Under the pieces are notes generated by a model, which did no database searches, was not told the origin of the DNA, and saw only the letters and a list, made by a program, of their open reading frames with translations. Positions 1 to 16,930 of a DNA stretch of 64,000 bases are shown piece by piece. The stretch spans positions 102,147 through 166,146 of the forward strand of contig CAXHJY010000988.1 in assembly GCA_964016885.1 (NCBI GenBank), in the 5' to 3' direction. The position numbers and the translations under genes are program-made. This DNA comes from Eledone cirrhosa (taxonomy: Eukaryota). Within the stretch, counting starts at the first letter, position 1. Each line of letters starts with the position of its first letter.

Positions 1-233
1 AGATCTGGGATTTGACTACTGTGAGTTTACGGATTAATGGTGAAATATATTTCTTTAATGAAATATATACAAGGAAGATTAATCATTTTTAAAAGGTAAT
101 ATTTGAAGTTTTAGTTAAACTTTAATTAGTTACCTACCTAGCTGTGTGTGGTTACACACTATACAAATTATCCCCATGTGATTGTTTCATGTGTTTATTT
201 TAAATATATATATATATGTCAATCAATTTTTAG

Positions 234-298
<65 letters not shown>

Positions 299-829
299 AA
301 TATATATAGAAAATATTTCAAAATTATGGTTAGAGGACTGTAATAAGGAAGAATTAAAATCCCTTCAACGCTGGGAAATAAACGAAACCTGGTTCTCTAA
401 CTATGAAACACTTTTCCAAAAGAACACACATCCAAGACCCCCTTCATTAAAACCATAATAACAAGAAAACTCAATCAACACCCGAACACCACACAACAAC
501 CACCAACAACAAAAAACAATACCTCCTTACATACCAAAAAAAGAAGGTATCACCTCGCCCCTACATACTCCCCAAAGGTCTAAAATTTACACCAACTTCC
601 CAACAACCAAACTACCCCAAAATGAAGGAAGATATTGCAGAATTCTGTAGAAAACTAAGACTCAGAGAACAACTATCCGACAGATACAATGAGGATGACC
701 CAATAGCCAGAAATAGAAGCAACTACACACCCCACCAAAAGTCAAGAACAAATTCCTCGATCAATTCTGCGAACACATTACTAATTACCCATACCACCAC
801 CTACACAGACCTAAACAAAAACCAAACCT

Positions 830-2739
830 AAGCAAAAAGAATGGAATGTTCTTAACAGTCTAAACAACGACAAAACCCTAACAATCAAAGAGGCAGATAA
901 AGGGAGTGCAGTAGTCCTTATGGAGACAGATTACTACACGACTCTAGTACTCTCAACTCTAGAAAACCAAACATATTACGAAAAGGCCCAACACTACACA
1001 GAACAGAAAATAATGAGAAACCTAAAATACCTAACAACCCTTTACAAAGAAGGCCTTACAGACAAGGAATACAACTACATCACCAATTTCAAAAGCAGAA
1101 CCAGCCTCTTCTACGGTATCCCAAAGTTACACAAAAGCGAAGTAATAGGCAGGGCCTACAAGGAAGCTGCAGACGTTTACATCAATATAGCCCCTCCTGA
1201 TGACCTTAAATTAAGACCCATAATAGCAGGCACCACATGTGAAACCCACCGCCTAAGCAACTTCCTAAATATTCTGCTTAAACCTTTCCTAAAACACATA
1301 AAAAGCTCCATAAAGGACGACCTTGACATACTCAACCACCTCCCAACAACACTCAATAATGAACATACCCTACTAGTAACCTTTGATGTCATCAATTTAT
1401 ATTCCAATATCCCACACAACCTAGGTATAGAGGCGATACAATTCTGGATGGAAAATTTCCCTAGGGAACTTCCACAGCGCATCCCTAAAGAATTTGTGTT
1501 GGAGGGACTCAAATTCATCTTGGAAAATAACTTCTTCGAATTCAATGCCAAATACTACAGACAGAAATCTGGGACTGCCATGGGTACGAAGGTAGCCCCC
1601 TCATACGCCAACCTTGTCATGGGATATTTGGAAACCACTCTCTACCAACACATAGAAAAGAACTGGAAGAGATATCTGGACGACTGCTTCATCCTCTGCC
1701 ATGAAAGTATAGATAGACTGATTGAGTTCAAAACCCTTCTGAATGAGCTCAACACAAACTTACAATTCACAATGGATTACAGCCATGAACAACTCCCTTT
1801 CCTCGACATCCTCATCAAGAAAACAAGCAACAAAATAGAAACAGACATATACTACAAACCCACAGACTCCAAACAATACCTCCCATGCCACCCTAGACAC
1901 ACTAAAATGGCAATTCCTTATAACCTAGCCAGAAGGATCTGCACAATAGTTTCAGATAAATACACATGCTACACACGACTAGAAGAATTAAAAACACACT
2001 TATCAGCAGAAACTACCTACCATCTCTAATCAACAATGGATTCCAACGTGCCCTAAAACTAGACATGCAGGAACTCAGAAACCCCAAACCCAGGAATGAA
2101 CCGCAACAAAAAACTCTACCATACATCTCCACACACAACCCCCTCAACAATGAGGCATTCGACTCCATCCTCCAGAACATTCCTTTACTAAAAAGATACC
2201 CAAGAATGAACAAAATCCTCCAAACACACAACATCATAAAGAGCAAAAGACAACCTAAATCCATAAAAAACATCCTCACACAAGCCAAAATCCAACAAAC
2301 CCTCACAATGAACCCTACAGTAACAAAATGCGGAAGGCCCAACTGTGACATATGCATAAATCTAATAGAAGGTTCAACATTCCATTTTAAACAAGGACAA
2401 CATTTCACAGTTAAACACAACTTTACATGTGCATCTGAAAACCTAATCTATGTTTTGACCTGCTCAGGTTGTCAAGAGCACTACATAGGACAGACAAAAA
2501 ACAGCCTCCGTCAACATATGACCGTCCATAAATCACAAATTAAAATACAGGAATACAGAAAGATTGCATTTAGTGAACATATCGCCAATTGTGCTCTCAA
2601 CCAACATCCAAACTTTAAAATTTTCCCCAATTACAAATTCATAGACAACGATACTTTCATCCATCGTACCAATAAGGAAACATATTTCATAAACAAATTC
2701 CAACCTTTACTTAATGCACTAAAAATCGGACCAAACTAA
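830..2739 (+). pseudogene. PLE reverse transcriptase-GIY-YIG endonuclease pseudogene
   Basis: PLE RT motifs KEADKGSAVV, FYGIPKLHK, LRPII, FDVINLYSNIP, QKSGTAMGT, WKRYLDD, LPFLD and YYKPT. After a frameshift near 2010 come a Cys linker (KCGRPNCDIC) and GIY-YIG motifs NLIYVLTC...YIGQT...R...H...E...LN. Confidence 0.92.
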
Positions 2740-3037
2740 AACTGCAACAAACAATCAAACATTTACAAGAGTTACCTCCCTCAAACCCTACCTAATCCTT
2801 TTTCTTAAATAAATTAAATATCATCCAGCAAGAATTGCTTCCCCCTGCATATTAACTCTCTAAAAAGGGAAATCATATCAAACCTCAGTCCACCATTTGC
2901 CTCCATCATGGAATCATGGGTCAACTAAGCACTCTTGCTATATTAATACATTTTGATCTGCTTAACTTCAAGAACTATGCCTGTAAATAACATTATTTTT
3001 CCTTTCACATTGACTTTTTATGCCCTACATTACGTCC

Positions 3038-3222
3038 GTTTTTTTTCTTTTTTCTTTTTTCTTTTTTCTTTTTTCTTTTTTCTTTTTTCTTTTTTTCTTT
3101 TTTCTTTTTTCTTTTTTCTTTTTCTTTTTTCTTTTTTCTTTTTTCTTTTTTTCTTTTTTCTTTTTTCTTTTTTCTTTTTTTCTTTTTTCTTTTTTCTTTT
3201 TTCTTTTTTCTTTTTTCTTTTC
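3038..3222. repeat. (TTTTTC)n-like pyrimidine low-complexity tract
   Basis: Directly visible. Confidence 0.95.
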
Positions 3223-3305
3223 ACTTCATAAACCTTGTTTGTAAATAACATTATTCTTTCTGCACCTTCTCTTTAACATGTGCGACACCACACTAATACA
3301 TTTCA

Positions 3306-3347
3306 CTATCATTTGATAATGCATAAAAATGCTGAATCCGGTAATAG
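3306..3347 (+). ncRNA. Degenerate type I hammerhead ribozyme relic in the PLE 3' region
   Basis: TTGATAA-T-GCAT-aaaa-ATGC-T-GAAT-CCGG-TA-ATAG. Stem II is intact and stem III is near-palindromic, but the core carries about 3 mutations relative to CTGATGA/GAAA. Confidence 0.4.
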
Positions 3348-3623
3348 ACAATTATTAAATATATAAATAGATAAATACATGCCATTGTTAAATAATAAAT
3401 AAATCAACTAATACCTTAACACTTCACACAAAGTAAAACATTTCGTTTTAATCATTTTCTAACCCAGAAAAAAGAGAGAGAAATAAAAAAGGAAAACAAT
3501 ATATTTTTCTTCCTAATAATTGTCTCTTTATCCCTGTTTCCATATATATTTTTTTTGACACAAAAACAAGATGGCGTAGGACAGAACAAAGGAGAGGCAC
3601 AAAAACAAAGAAAAGAATCCCCA

Positions 3624-3666
3624 GTCACTGAAGAGGTCACAGAATGTGTGACGAAAGAACTTTGAC
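3624..3666 (+). ncRNA. Type I hammerhead ribozyme (family A)
   Basis: GTCA-CTGAAGA-G-GTCACA-gaatg-TGTGAC-GAA-AG-aa-CT-T-TGAC. Stem I GTCA/TGAC, 6-bp stem II, minimal stem III, CUU site. Confidence 0.75.
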
Positions 3667-4029
3667 AATATATGAAAAATCGTCGGGTTGTGGAACCAAC
3701 CAACCGGAAATTTATAAATTCCTAAATTTATAATAAATTGAAGTGAAAGCAACTGGTGCGTGTGTTTCTTATTGGCAACATGACCCTCCCAAAGTATAAC
3801 AATATCGGTTTCAACACACGTTTTCAGATAAAGAATCTCGCTAAACAAATTCAAAATCGACACACACACATATATATATATATTGTTATTCTTTGGTAGG
3901 GTCATGTTGCCAATAAGAAACACACGCACCAGTTGCTTTCACTCCAATTTATTATAAATTAAATTTATAAATTTAAGAATTTATAAATTTCCGGTTGGTT
4001 GGTTGGTTCCGGACGGTTGTTCATATATT

Positions 4030-4072
4030 GTCAAAGTTCTTTCGTCACACATTTTGTGACCTCTTCAGTGAC
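4030..4072 (-). ncRNA. Type I hammerhead ribozyme (family A, inverted copy)
   Basis: Reverse complement of 3624-3666 with one loop change. Confidence 0.75.
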
Positions 4073-4182
4073 TGGGGATTCTTCTCTTTGTTTTGTGCCT
4101 CTCCTTTGTTCTGTCCTACGCCATCTTGTTTTCTGTCCTATGCCTATCTTTTTTTACACACAAAAACAAGATGGCTTATGCA

Positions 4183-4273
4183 CTCTGGTGATGTCCAGCA
4201 GAAGCAAGATGGTCAGTTAAGCCTGAAATGCATAGACGGTTGTCCCCCTTTCTTCTGCTGGACATCACCAGAG
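4183..4273. repeat. 22-bp perfect inverted repeat with 47-nt spacer
   Basis: ctctggtgatgtccagcagaag ... cttctgctggacatcaccagag. Confidence 0.85.
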
Positions 4274-4349
4274 GGCGTTAGCTCCGCCCCCCTCTCCTGT
4301 GGTTGCATAGCTACGACTTCTTAAAACCGTATTTGGATATACAAAATAT

Positions 4350-4445
4350 TTATACATATATATTTGTATATATATATAATATTGTATACATCCACAATAT
4401 ATATCACTTAACACTACTTAAACACACACACACACACACATATAC

Positions 4446-4498
<53 letters not shown>

Positions 4499-4808
4499 AT
4501 ATTATATACACACATATATGTATGTGAGTAGGTCAGAATATTTTAAATCCACAATACAGATTTGTACACAAACAGGTGTAGATACATATGCATGACACAT
4601 TTTCTCATATTTGTCTCTCTCATCCTTTTTATACATCCTTTATTACCACCTTTCTCTCTCTTAAACACAAATATGTCTCTCTCATCCCCCTCTCTCCCTC
4701 CTCTCTTTCTTTTCTCCCTCCTTCTCTCCTTCTCTCTCCTTTAAACACAAACATATCTCTCTCATACTCTTTCTCCATCCTTTATCCTCCTCTCTCTCTC
4801 TCTCCCTT

Positions 4809-4840
<32 letters not shown>

Positions 4841-4850
4841 AACACAAACA
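4350..4850. repeat. (TA)/(CA) and (CT)-rich low-complexity region
   Basis: Directly visible. Confidence 0.85.
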
Positions 4851-5450
4851 TCTATCTATGCTCATAGTAACTGGCAAAGATTTATCATTTTTAAAAATCT
4901 ACGACAGACTAATATTTGATCTGTTAAGTTACTAATTCAATGGAATCTGTAAGCCACTTTCCTGAAACAAGATGCAAAAATATATATTAATAGTGTAAAG
5001 TGCTCTGCAACCTATATTTCAAGTACAATGGAAAAAAACTAAAAGAAAGAAGGGTTCCAGTTCTTTGCAAAAGAGATCAATAAGCGATTGAGAAATCTAC
5101 AATTGTTATAGCTATCCTATATGTGCATCTATGATTTTTATTACTCCTGATTTGGTGCCAACTTTAAAATATTCTAAACTACTTCCGATTCAACTGTGTT
5201 TCCTGGATTTTACAAGGCAGACCATTCAAGTGAAAAACTCCACCAACTTACCTCCCATCAGACAAACCAATATTACAGTCTATGCTGCACTTCAGACACT
5301 ATTATTGCCAGCCAAAATAACTGTAATCTTCCCTGCAAGTCGTGTCATTTAACTGTCATGCTATCTAAAGAAATTCACTGTCTTATTAAATAAAAGGTGA
5401 TGTTGTTATCCTACATATACTTTCTCAATACTAAACAGTCTTCAATAAAA

Positions 5451-8400
5451 ATCATTACTGTCATTACTATTATCATTACTATCATTACTATCATGACTAT
5501 TACCATTACTATCATTACTATCATTACTATTACCATTACTATCATTACTATCATTACTATTACCATTACTATCATTACTATCATTACTATCATTACTATC
5601 ATTACTATCATTACTATTACCATTACTATCATTACTGTCATTACTATCATTACTATCATTACTATCATTACTATCATTACTATCATTACTATCATTACTA
5701 TCATTACTATCATTACTATTACCATTACTATCATTACTATCATTACTATTACCATTACTATCATTACTATCATTACTATTACCATTACTATCATTACTAT
5801 CATTACTATCATTACTATTACCATTACTATCATTACTATCATTACTATCATTACTATCATTACTATCATTACTATCATTACTATCATTACTATCGTGACT
5901 ATTACCATTACTATCATTACTATCATTACTATTACCATTACTATCATTACTATCATTACTATTACCATTACTATCATTACTATCATTACTATCATTACTA
6001 TTACCATTACTATCATTACTATCATTACTATCATTACTATCATTACTATCATTACTATCATTACTATCATTACTATCATTACTATCATTACTATCATTAC
6101 TATTACCATTACTATCATTACTATCATTACTATTACCATTACTATCATTACTATCATTACTATTACCATTACTATTACCATTACTATCATTACTATCATT
6201 ACTATCATTACTATCATTACTATCATTACTATTATTACTATCATTATTATTATTACTATCATTACTATCATTACTATTATTACTATCATTACTTTTATTA
6301 CTATCATTACTATCATTACTATTATTACTATCATTACTATTATTACTATCATTACTATCATTACTATTATTACTATCATTACTATTATTACTATTATTAC
6401 TATTATTACTATCATTACTATCATTACTATTATTACTATCATTACTATCATTACTATTATTACTATCATTACTATCATTACTATCATTACTATCACTACT
6501 ATCATTACTATCATTACTATCATTACTATTATTACTATCATTACTATCATTACTATCATTACTATTATTACTATCATTACTATCATTACTATTATTACTA
6601 TCATTACTATTATTACTATCATTACTATCATTACTATTATTACTATCATTACTATCATTACTATTATTACTATCATTACTATTATTACTATCATTACTAT
6701 CATTACTATCATTACTATTATTACTATCATTACTATTATTACTATTATTACTATCATTGCTATTATTACTATCATCACTATCATTACTATCATTACTATT
6801 ATTACTATTATTACTATTATTACTATTATTACTATCATTGCTATTATTACTATCATCACTATCATTACTATTATTACTATCATTACTATCATTACTATTA
6901 TTACTATCATTACTAGTATTACTATCATTACTAGTATTACTATCATTACTATTATTACTATCATTACTATCATTACTATAATTAATATTATGAATATTAT
7001 TACTATCATTACTATCATTACTATCATTACTATCATTACTATCATTACTATTATTACTATCATTGCTATTATTACTATCATTACTATTATTACTATCATT
7101 ACTATCATTACTATCATTACTATCATTACTATTATTACTATCATTACTATCATTACTATTATTACTATCATTACTATCATTACTATTATTACTATCATTA
7201 CTATCATTACTATCACTACTATCATTACTATCATTACTATCATTACTATTATTACTATCATTACTATCATTACTATCATTACTATTATTACTATCATTAC
7301 TATCATTACTATTATTACTATCATTACTATTATTACTATCATTACTATCATTACTATTATTACTATCATTACTATCATTACTATTATTACTATCATTACT
7401 ATCATTACTATCATTACTATCATTACTATCATTACTATTATTACTATTATTACTATCATTGCTATTATTACTATCATCACTATCATTACTATTATTACTA
7501 TCATTACTATCATTACTATTATTACTATTATTACTATCATTACTATTATTACTATCATTACTATCATTACTATCATTACTATTATTACTATCATTGCTAT
7601 TATTACTATTATTACTATCATTGCTATTATTACTATCATCACTATCATTACTATTATTACTATCATTACTATCATTACTATCATTACTATTATTACTATC
7701 ATTACTATTATTACTATCATTACTATTATTACTATCATTACTATCATTACTATTATTACTATAATTACTATTATTACTATCATTACTATCATTACTATTA
7801 TTACTATCATTACTATCATTACTATTATTACTATTATTACTATCATTACTATCATTACCATTATTACTATCATTACTATCATTACTATCATTACTATCAT
7901 TACTATCATTACTATCATTACTATTATTACTATCATTACTATTATTACTATCATTACTATCATTACTATTATTACTATCATTACTATCATTACTATTATT
8001 ACTATCATTACTATCATTACTATCATTACTATCATTACTATCATTACTATTATTACTATTATTACTATCATTGCTATTATTACTATCATCACTATCATTA
8101 CTATTATTACTATCATTACTATCATTACTATTATTACTATTATTACTATCATTACTATTATTACTATCATTACTATCATTACTATCATTACTATTATTAC
8201 TATCATTGCTATTATTACTATTATTACTATCATTGCTATTATTACTATCATCACTATCATTACTATTATTACTATCATTACTATCATTACTATCATTACT
8301 ATTATTACTATCATTACTATTATTACTATCATTACTATTATTACTATCATTACTATCATTACTATTATTACTATAATTACTATTATTACTATCATTACTA

Positions 8401-11400
8401 TCATTACTATTATTACTATCATTACTATCATTACTATTATTACTATTATTACTATCATTACTATCATTACTATTATTACTATCATTACTATTATTACTAT
8501 CATTACTATCATTACTATTATTACTATTATTACTATCATTGCTATTATTACTATCATCACTATCATTACTATTATTACTATCATTACTATTATTACTATC
8601 ATTACTATCATTAATATTATTACTATTATTACTATCATCACTATTATTACTATCATTACTATCATTACTATCATTACTATTATTACTATCATTGCTATTA
8701 TTACTATTATTACTATCATTGCTATTATTACTATCATCACTATCATTACTATTATTACTATCATTACTATCATTACTATCATTACTATTATTACTATCAT
8801 TACTATTATTACTATCATTACTATCATTACTATTATTACTATCATTACTATCATTACTATCATTACTATCATTACTATTATTACTATCATTACTATTATT
8901 ACTATCATTACTATCATTACTATCATTACTATCATTACTATTATTGCTATTATTACTATCATTACTATTATTACTATCATTACTATTATTACTATCATTA
9001 CTATTATTACTATTATTACTATCATTACTATTATTACTATCATTACTATTATTACTATTATTACTATCATTACTATCATTACTATCATTACTATTATTAC
9101 TATCATTACTATCATTACTATTATTACTATCATTACTATCATTACTATTATTACTATCATTACTATCATTACTATCATTACTATCACTACTATCATTACT
9201 ATCATTACTATCATTACTATTATTACTATCATTACTATCATTACTATCATTACTATTATTACTATCATTACTATCATTACTATTATTACTATCATTACTA
9301 TCATTACTATTATTACTATCATTACTATCATTACTATTGTTACTATCATTACTATCATTACTATCATTACTATCATTACTATCATTACTATCATTACTAT
9401 TATTACTATTATTACTATCATTGCTATTATTACTATCATCACTATCATTACTATTATTACTATCATTACTATCATTACTATTATTACTATTATTACTATT
9501 ATTACTATCATTGCTATTATTACTATCATCACTATCATTACTATTATTACTATCATTACTATTATTACTATCATTACTAGTATTACTATCATTACTAGTA
9601 TTACTATCATTACTATCATTACTATAATTAATATTATTACTATCATTACTAACATTACTATCATTACTATCATTACTATCATTACTATCATTACTATTAT
9701 TACTATCATTACTATTATTACTATCATTACTATTATTACTATCATTACTATTATTACTATTATTACTATCATTACTATCATTACTATCATTACTATTATT
9801 ACTATCATTACTATCATTACTATTATTACTATCATTACTATCATTACTATTATTACTATCATTACTATCATTACTATCATTACTATCACTACTATCATTA
9901 CTATCATTACTATCATTACTATTATTACTATCATTACTATCATTACTATCATTACTATTATTACTATCATTACTATCATTACTATCATTACTATTATTAC
10001 TATCATTGCTATTATTAATATTATTACTATCATTGCTATTATTACTATCATCACTATCATTACTATTATTACTATCATTACTATCATTACTATCATTACT
10101 ATTATTACTATCATTACTATTATTACTATCATTACTATTATTACTATCATTACTATCATTACTATTATTACTATAATTACTATTATTACTATCATTACTA
10201 TCATTACTATTATTACTATCATTACTATCATTACTATTATTACTATCATTACTATCATTACGATTATTACTATCATTACTATAATTACTATCATTACTAT
10301 CATTACTATCATTACTATCATTACTATCATTACTATTATTACTATCATTACTATCATTACTATCATTACTATTATTACTATCATTACTATCATTACTATT
10401 ATTACTATCATTACTATTATTACTATCATTACTATCACTACTATTATTACTATCATTACTATTATTACTATTATTACTATCATTACTAGTATTACTATCA
10501 TTACTATTATTACTATCATTACTATCATTACTATAATTACTATTATTACTATCATTACTATTATTACTATCATTACTATTATTACTATCATTACTATCAT
10601 TACTATCATTACTATCATTACTATCATTACTATCATTACTATCATTACTATCATTACTATCATTGCTATTATTACTATCATTACTATCATTACTATTATT
10701 ACTATCATTACTATTATTACTATCATTACTGTCATTACTATTATTACTATCATTACTATTATTACTATTATTACTATCATTGCTATTATTACTATCATCA
10801 CTATCATTGCTATTATTACTATCATCACTATCATTACTATTATTACTATCATTACTATTATTACTATCATCACTATCATTACTATCATTACTATCATTAC
10901 TATTATTACTATCATTGCTATTATTACTATTATTAGTATCATTGCTATTATTACTATCATCACTATCATTACTATTATTACTATCATTACTATCATTACT
11001 ATCATTACTATTATTACTATCATTACTATTATTACTATCATTACTATCATTACTATTATTACTATCATTACTATTATTACTATCATTACTATCATTACTA
11101 TTATTACTATCATTACTATTATTACTATCATTACTATCATTACTATTATTACTATCATTACTATCATTACTATTATTACTATTATTACTATCATTACTAT
11201 CATTACTATCACTACTATCACTACTATCATTACTATCATTACTATTATTACTATCATTACTATCATTACTATTATTACTATTATTACTATCATTACTATC
11301 ATTACTATTATTACTATCATTACTATTATTACTATCATTACTATCATTACTATTATTACTATCATTACTATCATTACTATTATTACCATCATTACTATTA

Positions 11401-14400
11401 TTACTATCATTACTATCATTACTATCATTACTATTATTACTATCATTACTATTATTACTATTATTACTATCATTGCTATTATTACTATCATCACTATCAT
11501 TACTATTATTACTATCATTACTATCATTACTATTATTACTATTATTACTATCATTACTATTATTACTATCATTACTATCATTACTATCATTACTATTATT
11601 ACTATCATTGCTATTATTACTATTATTACTATCATTGCTATTATTACTATCATCACTATCATTACTATTATTACTATCATTACTATCATTACTATCATTA
11701 CTATCATTACTATCATTACTATTATTACTATCATTACTATTATTACTATCATTACTATCATTACTATTATTACTATTATTACTATCATTACTATCATTAC
11801 CATTATTACTATCATTACTATCATTACTATCATTACTATCATTACTATTATTACTATCATTACTATTATTACTATTATTACTATTATTACTATCATTACT
11901 ATCATTACCATTATTACTATCATTACTATCATTACTATCATTACTATTATTACTATCATTACTATCATTACTATTATTACTATCATTACTATCATTACTA
12001 TCATTTCTATTATTACTATCATTACTATCATTACTATTATTACTATCATTACTATTATTACTATCATTACTATCATTACTATTATTACTATTATTACTAT
12101 CATTACTAGTATTACTATCATTACTATTATTACTATCATTACGATCATTACTATAATTACTATTATTACTATCATTACTATCATTACTATCATTACTATC
12201 ATTACTATCATTACTATTATTACTATCATTACTATTACTATCATTACTATCATTACTATCATTACTATCTTTACTATCATTACTATCATTACTATCATTA
12301 CTATCATTACTATCATTACTATCATTACTATCATTACTATCATTACTATCATTACTATCATTACTATTATTACTATCATTACTATCATTACTATTATTAC
12401 TACCATTACTATTATTACTATCATTACTAGTATTACTATCATTACTATTATTACTATCATTACTATCATTACTATAATTACTATTATTACTATCATTACT
12501 ATCATTACTATTATTACTATCATTACTATTATTACTATCATTACTATCATTACTATTATTATTATCATTACTATCATTACTATTATTACTATTATTACTA
12601 TCATTACTATTATTACTATCATTACTATCATTACTATCATTACTATCATTACTATCATTACTATCATTACTATCATTACTATCATTACTATCATTACTGT
12701 CATTACTATTATTACTATCATTACTATTATTACTATTATTACTATCATTGCTATTATTACTATCATCACTATCATTACTATCATTACTATCATTACTATC
12801 ATTACTATTATTACTATTATTACTATCATTACTATTATTACTATCATTACTATCATTACTATCATTACTATTATTACTATCATTGCTATTATTACTATTA
12901 TTACTATCATTGCTATTATTACTATCATCACTATCATTACTATTATTACTATCATTACTATCATTACTATCATTACTATTATTACTATCATTACTATTAT
13001 TACTATCATTACTATCATTACTATTATTACTATCATTACTATTATTACTATCATTACTATCATTACTATTATTACTATCATTACTATTATTACTATCATT
13101 ACTATCATTACTATTATTACTATCATTACTATCATTACTATTATTACTATTATTACTATCATTACTATCATTACTATCATTACTATCATTACTATCATTA
13201 CTATTATTACTATCATTACTATCATTACTATCATTACTATTATTACTATCATTACTATCATTACTATCATTACTATCATTACTATTATTACTATCATTAC
13301 TATTATTACTATCATTACTATCATTACTATTATTACTATCATTACTATTATTACTATTATTACTATCATTACTAGTATTACTATCATTACTATTATTACT
13401 ATCATTACTATCATTACTATCATTACTATCATTACTATCATTACTATTATTACTATCATTACTATCATTACTATTACTATCATTACTATTATTACTATCA
13501 TTACTATCATTACTATTATTACTATCATTACTATTATTACTATTATTACTATCATTACTAGTATTACTATCATTACTATTATTACTATCATTACTATAAT
13601 TACTATTATTACTATCATTACTATCATTACTATTATTACTATCATTACTATTATTACTAGCATTACTATTATTACTATCATTACTATTATTACTATCATT
13701 ACTATCATTACTATCATTACTATAATTACTATTATTACTATCATTACTATCATTACTATCATTACTATTATTACTATCATTACTATCATTACTACCATTA
13801 CTATCATTACTATTATTACTATCATTACTATCATTACTATTATTACTATCATTACTATCATTACTATTATTACTATCATTACTATCATTACTATTATTAC
13901 TATCATTACTATTATTACTATCATTACTATTATTACTAACATTACTATTATTACTATCATTACTATCATTACTATCATTACTATCATTACTATTATTACT
14001 ATCATTACTATCATTACTATTATTACTATCATTACTATAATTACTATTATTACTATCATTACTATCATTACTATTATTACTATCATTACTATTATTACTA
14101 TCATTACTATTATTACTATCATTACTATCATTACTATTATTACTATCATTACTATTATTACTATCATTGCTATTATTACTATTATTACTATCATTGCTAT
14201 TATTACTATCATCACTATCATTACTATTATTACTATCATTCCTATCATTCCTATCATTACTATCATTACTATTATTACTATCATTACTATTATTACTATC
14301 ACTACTATTATTACTATCACTACTATTATTACTATCATTACTATTATTACTATCATTACTATCATTACTATCATTACTATAATTACTATTATTACTATCA

Positions 14401-16930
14401 TTACTATCATTACTACCATTACTATTATTACTATCATTACTATCATTACTACCATTACTATCATTACTATCATTACTATTATTACTATCATTACTATCAT
14501 TACTATTATTACTATCATTACTATTATTACTATCATTACTATTATTACTAAAATTACTATTATTACTATCATTACTATCATTACTATCATTACTATCATT
14601 ACTATCATTACTATTATTACTATCATTACTATTATTTCTATTATTACTATCATTGCTATTATTAGTATCATCACTATCATTACTATTATTACTATCATTA
14701 CTATCATTACTATTATTACTATTATTACTATCATTACTATCATTACTATCATTACTATTATTACTATCATTGCTATTATTACTATTATTACTATCATTGC
14801 TATTATTACTATACATCACTATCATTACTATTATTACTATCATTACTATCATTACTATCATTACTATTATTACTATCATTACTATTATTACTATCATTAC
14901 TATCATTACTATTATTACTATTATTACTATCATTACTATTATTACTATCATTACTATCATTACTATTATTACTATCATTACTATCATTACTATTATTACT
15001 ATTATTACTATCATTACTATCATTACCATTATTACTATCATTACTATCATTACTATCATTACTATCATTACTATCATTACTATCATTACTATCATTACTA
15101 TTATTACTATCATTACTATCATTACTATCATTACTATTATTACTATCATTACTATCATTACTATCATTACTATCATTACTATCATTACTATCATTACTAT
15201 CATTGCTATCATTACTATTATTACTATCATTACTATCATTACTATCATTACTATCATTACTATTACCATTACTATCATTACTATCATTACTATCATTACT
15301 ATTATTACTATCATTACTATTATTACTATCATTACTATTATTACTATTATTACTATCATTACTATTATTACTATCATTACTATCATTACTATTATTACTA
15401 TCATTACTATTATTACTATCATTGCTATCATTACTATTATTACTATTATTACTATCATTACTATTATTACTATCATTACTATCATTACTATCATTACTAT
15501 TATTACTATCATTACTATCATTACTATTATTACTATCATTACTATCATTACTATCATTACTATCATTACTTTTATTACTATTATTACTATCATTACTATT
15601 ATTACTATCATTACTATCATTACTATTATTACTATCATTACTATCATTACTATCATTACTATTATTACTATCATTACTATTGTCATTGCTATCATTACTA
15701 TCGTTACTATTATTACTATAATTATTATCATTACTATTATTACTATCATTACTATTATTACTATCATTACTATCATTACTATCATTACTATTATTACTAT
15801 CATTACTATTATTACTATCATTACTATTATTACTATCATTACTATTATTACTATCATTACTATTGCCATTACTATCATTACTATCATTACTATCATTACT
15901 ATTGTCATTACTATCATTACTATCATTACTATTGTCATTGCTATCATTACTATCATTACTATCATTACTATCATTACTATTGTCATTGCTATCATTAATA
16001 TCATTACTATCATTACTATCATTACTATCATTACTATCATTACTATCATTACTATCATTACTATCATTACTATCATTACTATTGTCATTACTATCATTAC
16101 TATCATTACTATCATTACTATCATTACTATTGTCATTGCTATCATTACTATCATTACTATCATTACTATTGTCATTGCTATCATTACTATCATTACTATC
16201 ATTACTATCATTAATATCATTACTATCATTACTATTGCCATTGTTATCATTACTATCATTACTATCATTACTATCATTACTATCATTAATATCATTACTA
16301 TCATTACTATCATTACTATCATTAATATCATTACTATCATTACTATCATTAATATCATTACTGTTGTCATTACTATCATTACTATCATTACTATTGTCAT
16401 TGCTATCATTACTATCATTACTATCATTACTATTGTCATTACTATCATTACTATCATTACTATCATTACTATCATTACTATCATTAATATTGTCATTGCT
16501 ATCATTGCTATCATTACTATCATTACTATCATTACTATCATTACTATCATTACTATCGTCATTGCTATCATTACTATCATTACTATTGTCATTACTATTG
16601 TCATTACTATCATTACTATCATTACTATTATTACTATCATTACTATTATTACTATCATTACTATCATTACTATCATTACTATCATTACTATTGTCATTGC
16701 TATCATTACTATCATTACTATTATCATTATTACTATCATTACTATCATTACCATCATTACTATCTTTACTATTATTACTATCATTACTATGATTATTACT
16801 ATCATTACTATCATTACTATCATTACTATTATCATTATTACTATTATTACCATTGTCATTACTATTGTCATTACCATTATTATTATCCCTATTATTATTA
16901 TAATTATTATTATTATAATTATTATTATTG
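5451..16930. repeat. Giant 9-bp minisatellite (ATCATTACT / ATTATTACT)n, ~11.5 kb
   Basis: Continuous 9-mer array. The 3000+ aa ITI/SND ORFs in the track are translations of it. Confidence 0.98.

Larger units (their letters stand above)
300..3420 (+). mobile_element. Penelope-like retroelement (Neptune-like), decayed, starting beside a (TA)n tract
   Basis: Frameshifted RT + GIY-YIG reading frames (622-2739), followed by a non-coding 3' region holding a degenerate HHR. Boundaries approximate. Confidence 0.85.
3558..4175. mobile_element. Tail-to-tail inverted pair of PLE pseudo-LTR/3' ends (same family as 31785-36185)
   Basis: 3558-3860 (+) matches the 3' end 35922-36185 and the left terminus of the large palindrome. 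3882-4140 is its reverse complement. Confidence 0.85.

Noticed and set aside
920-2029. Telomerase, retron or group II intron RT
   Set aside because: The motifs and the downstream GIY-YIG domain identify a Penelope-like element.
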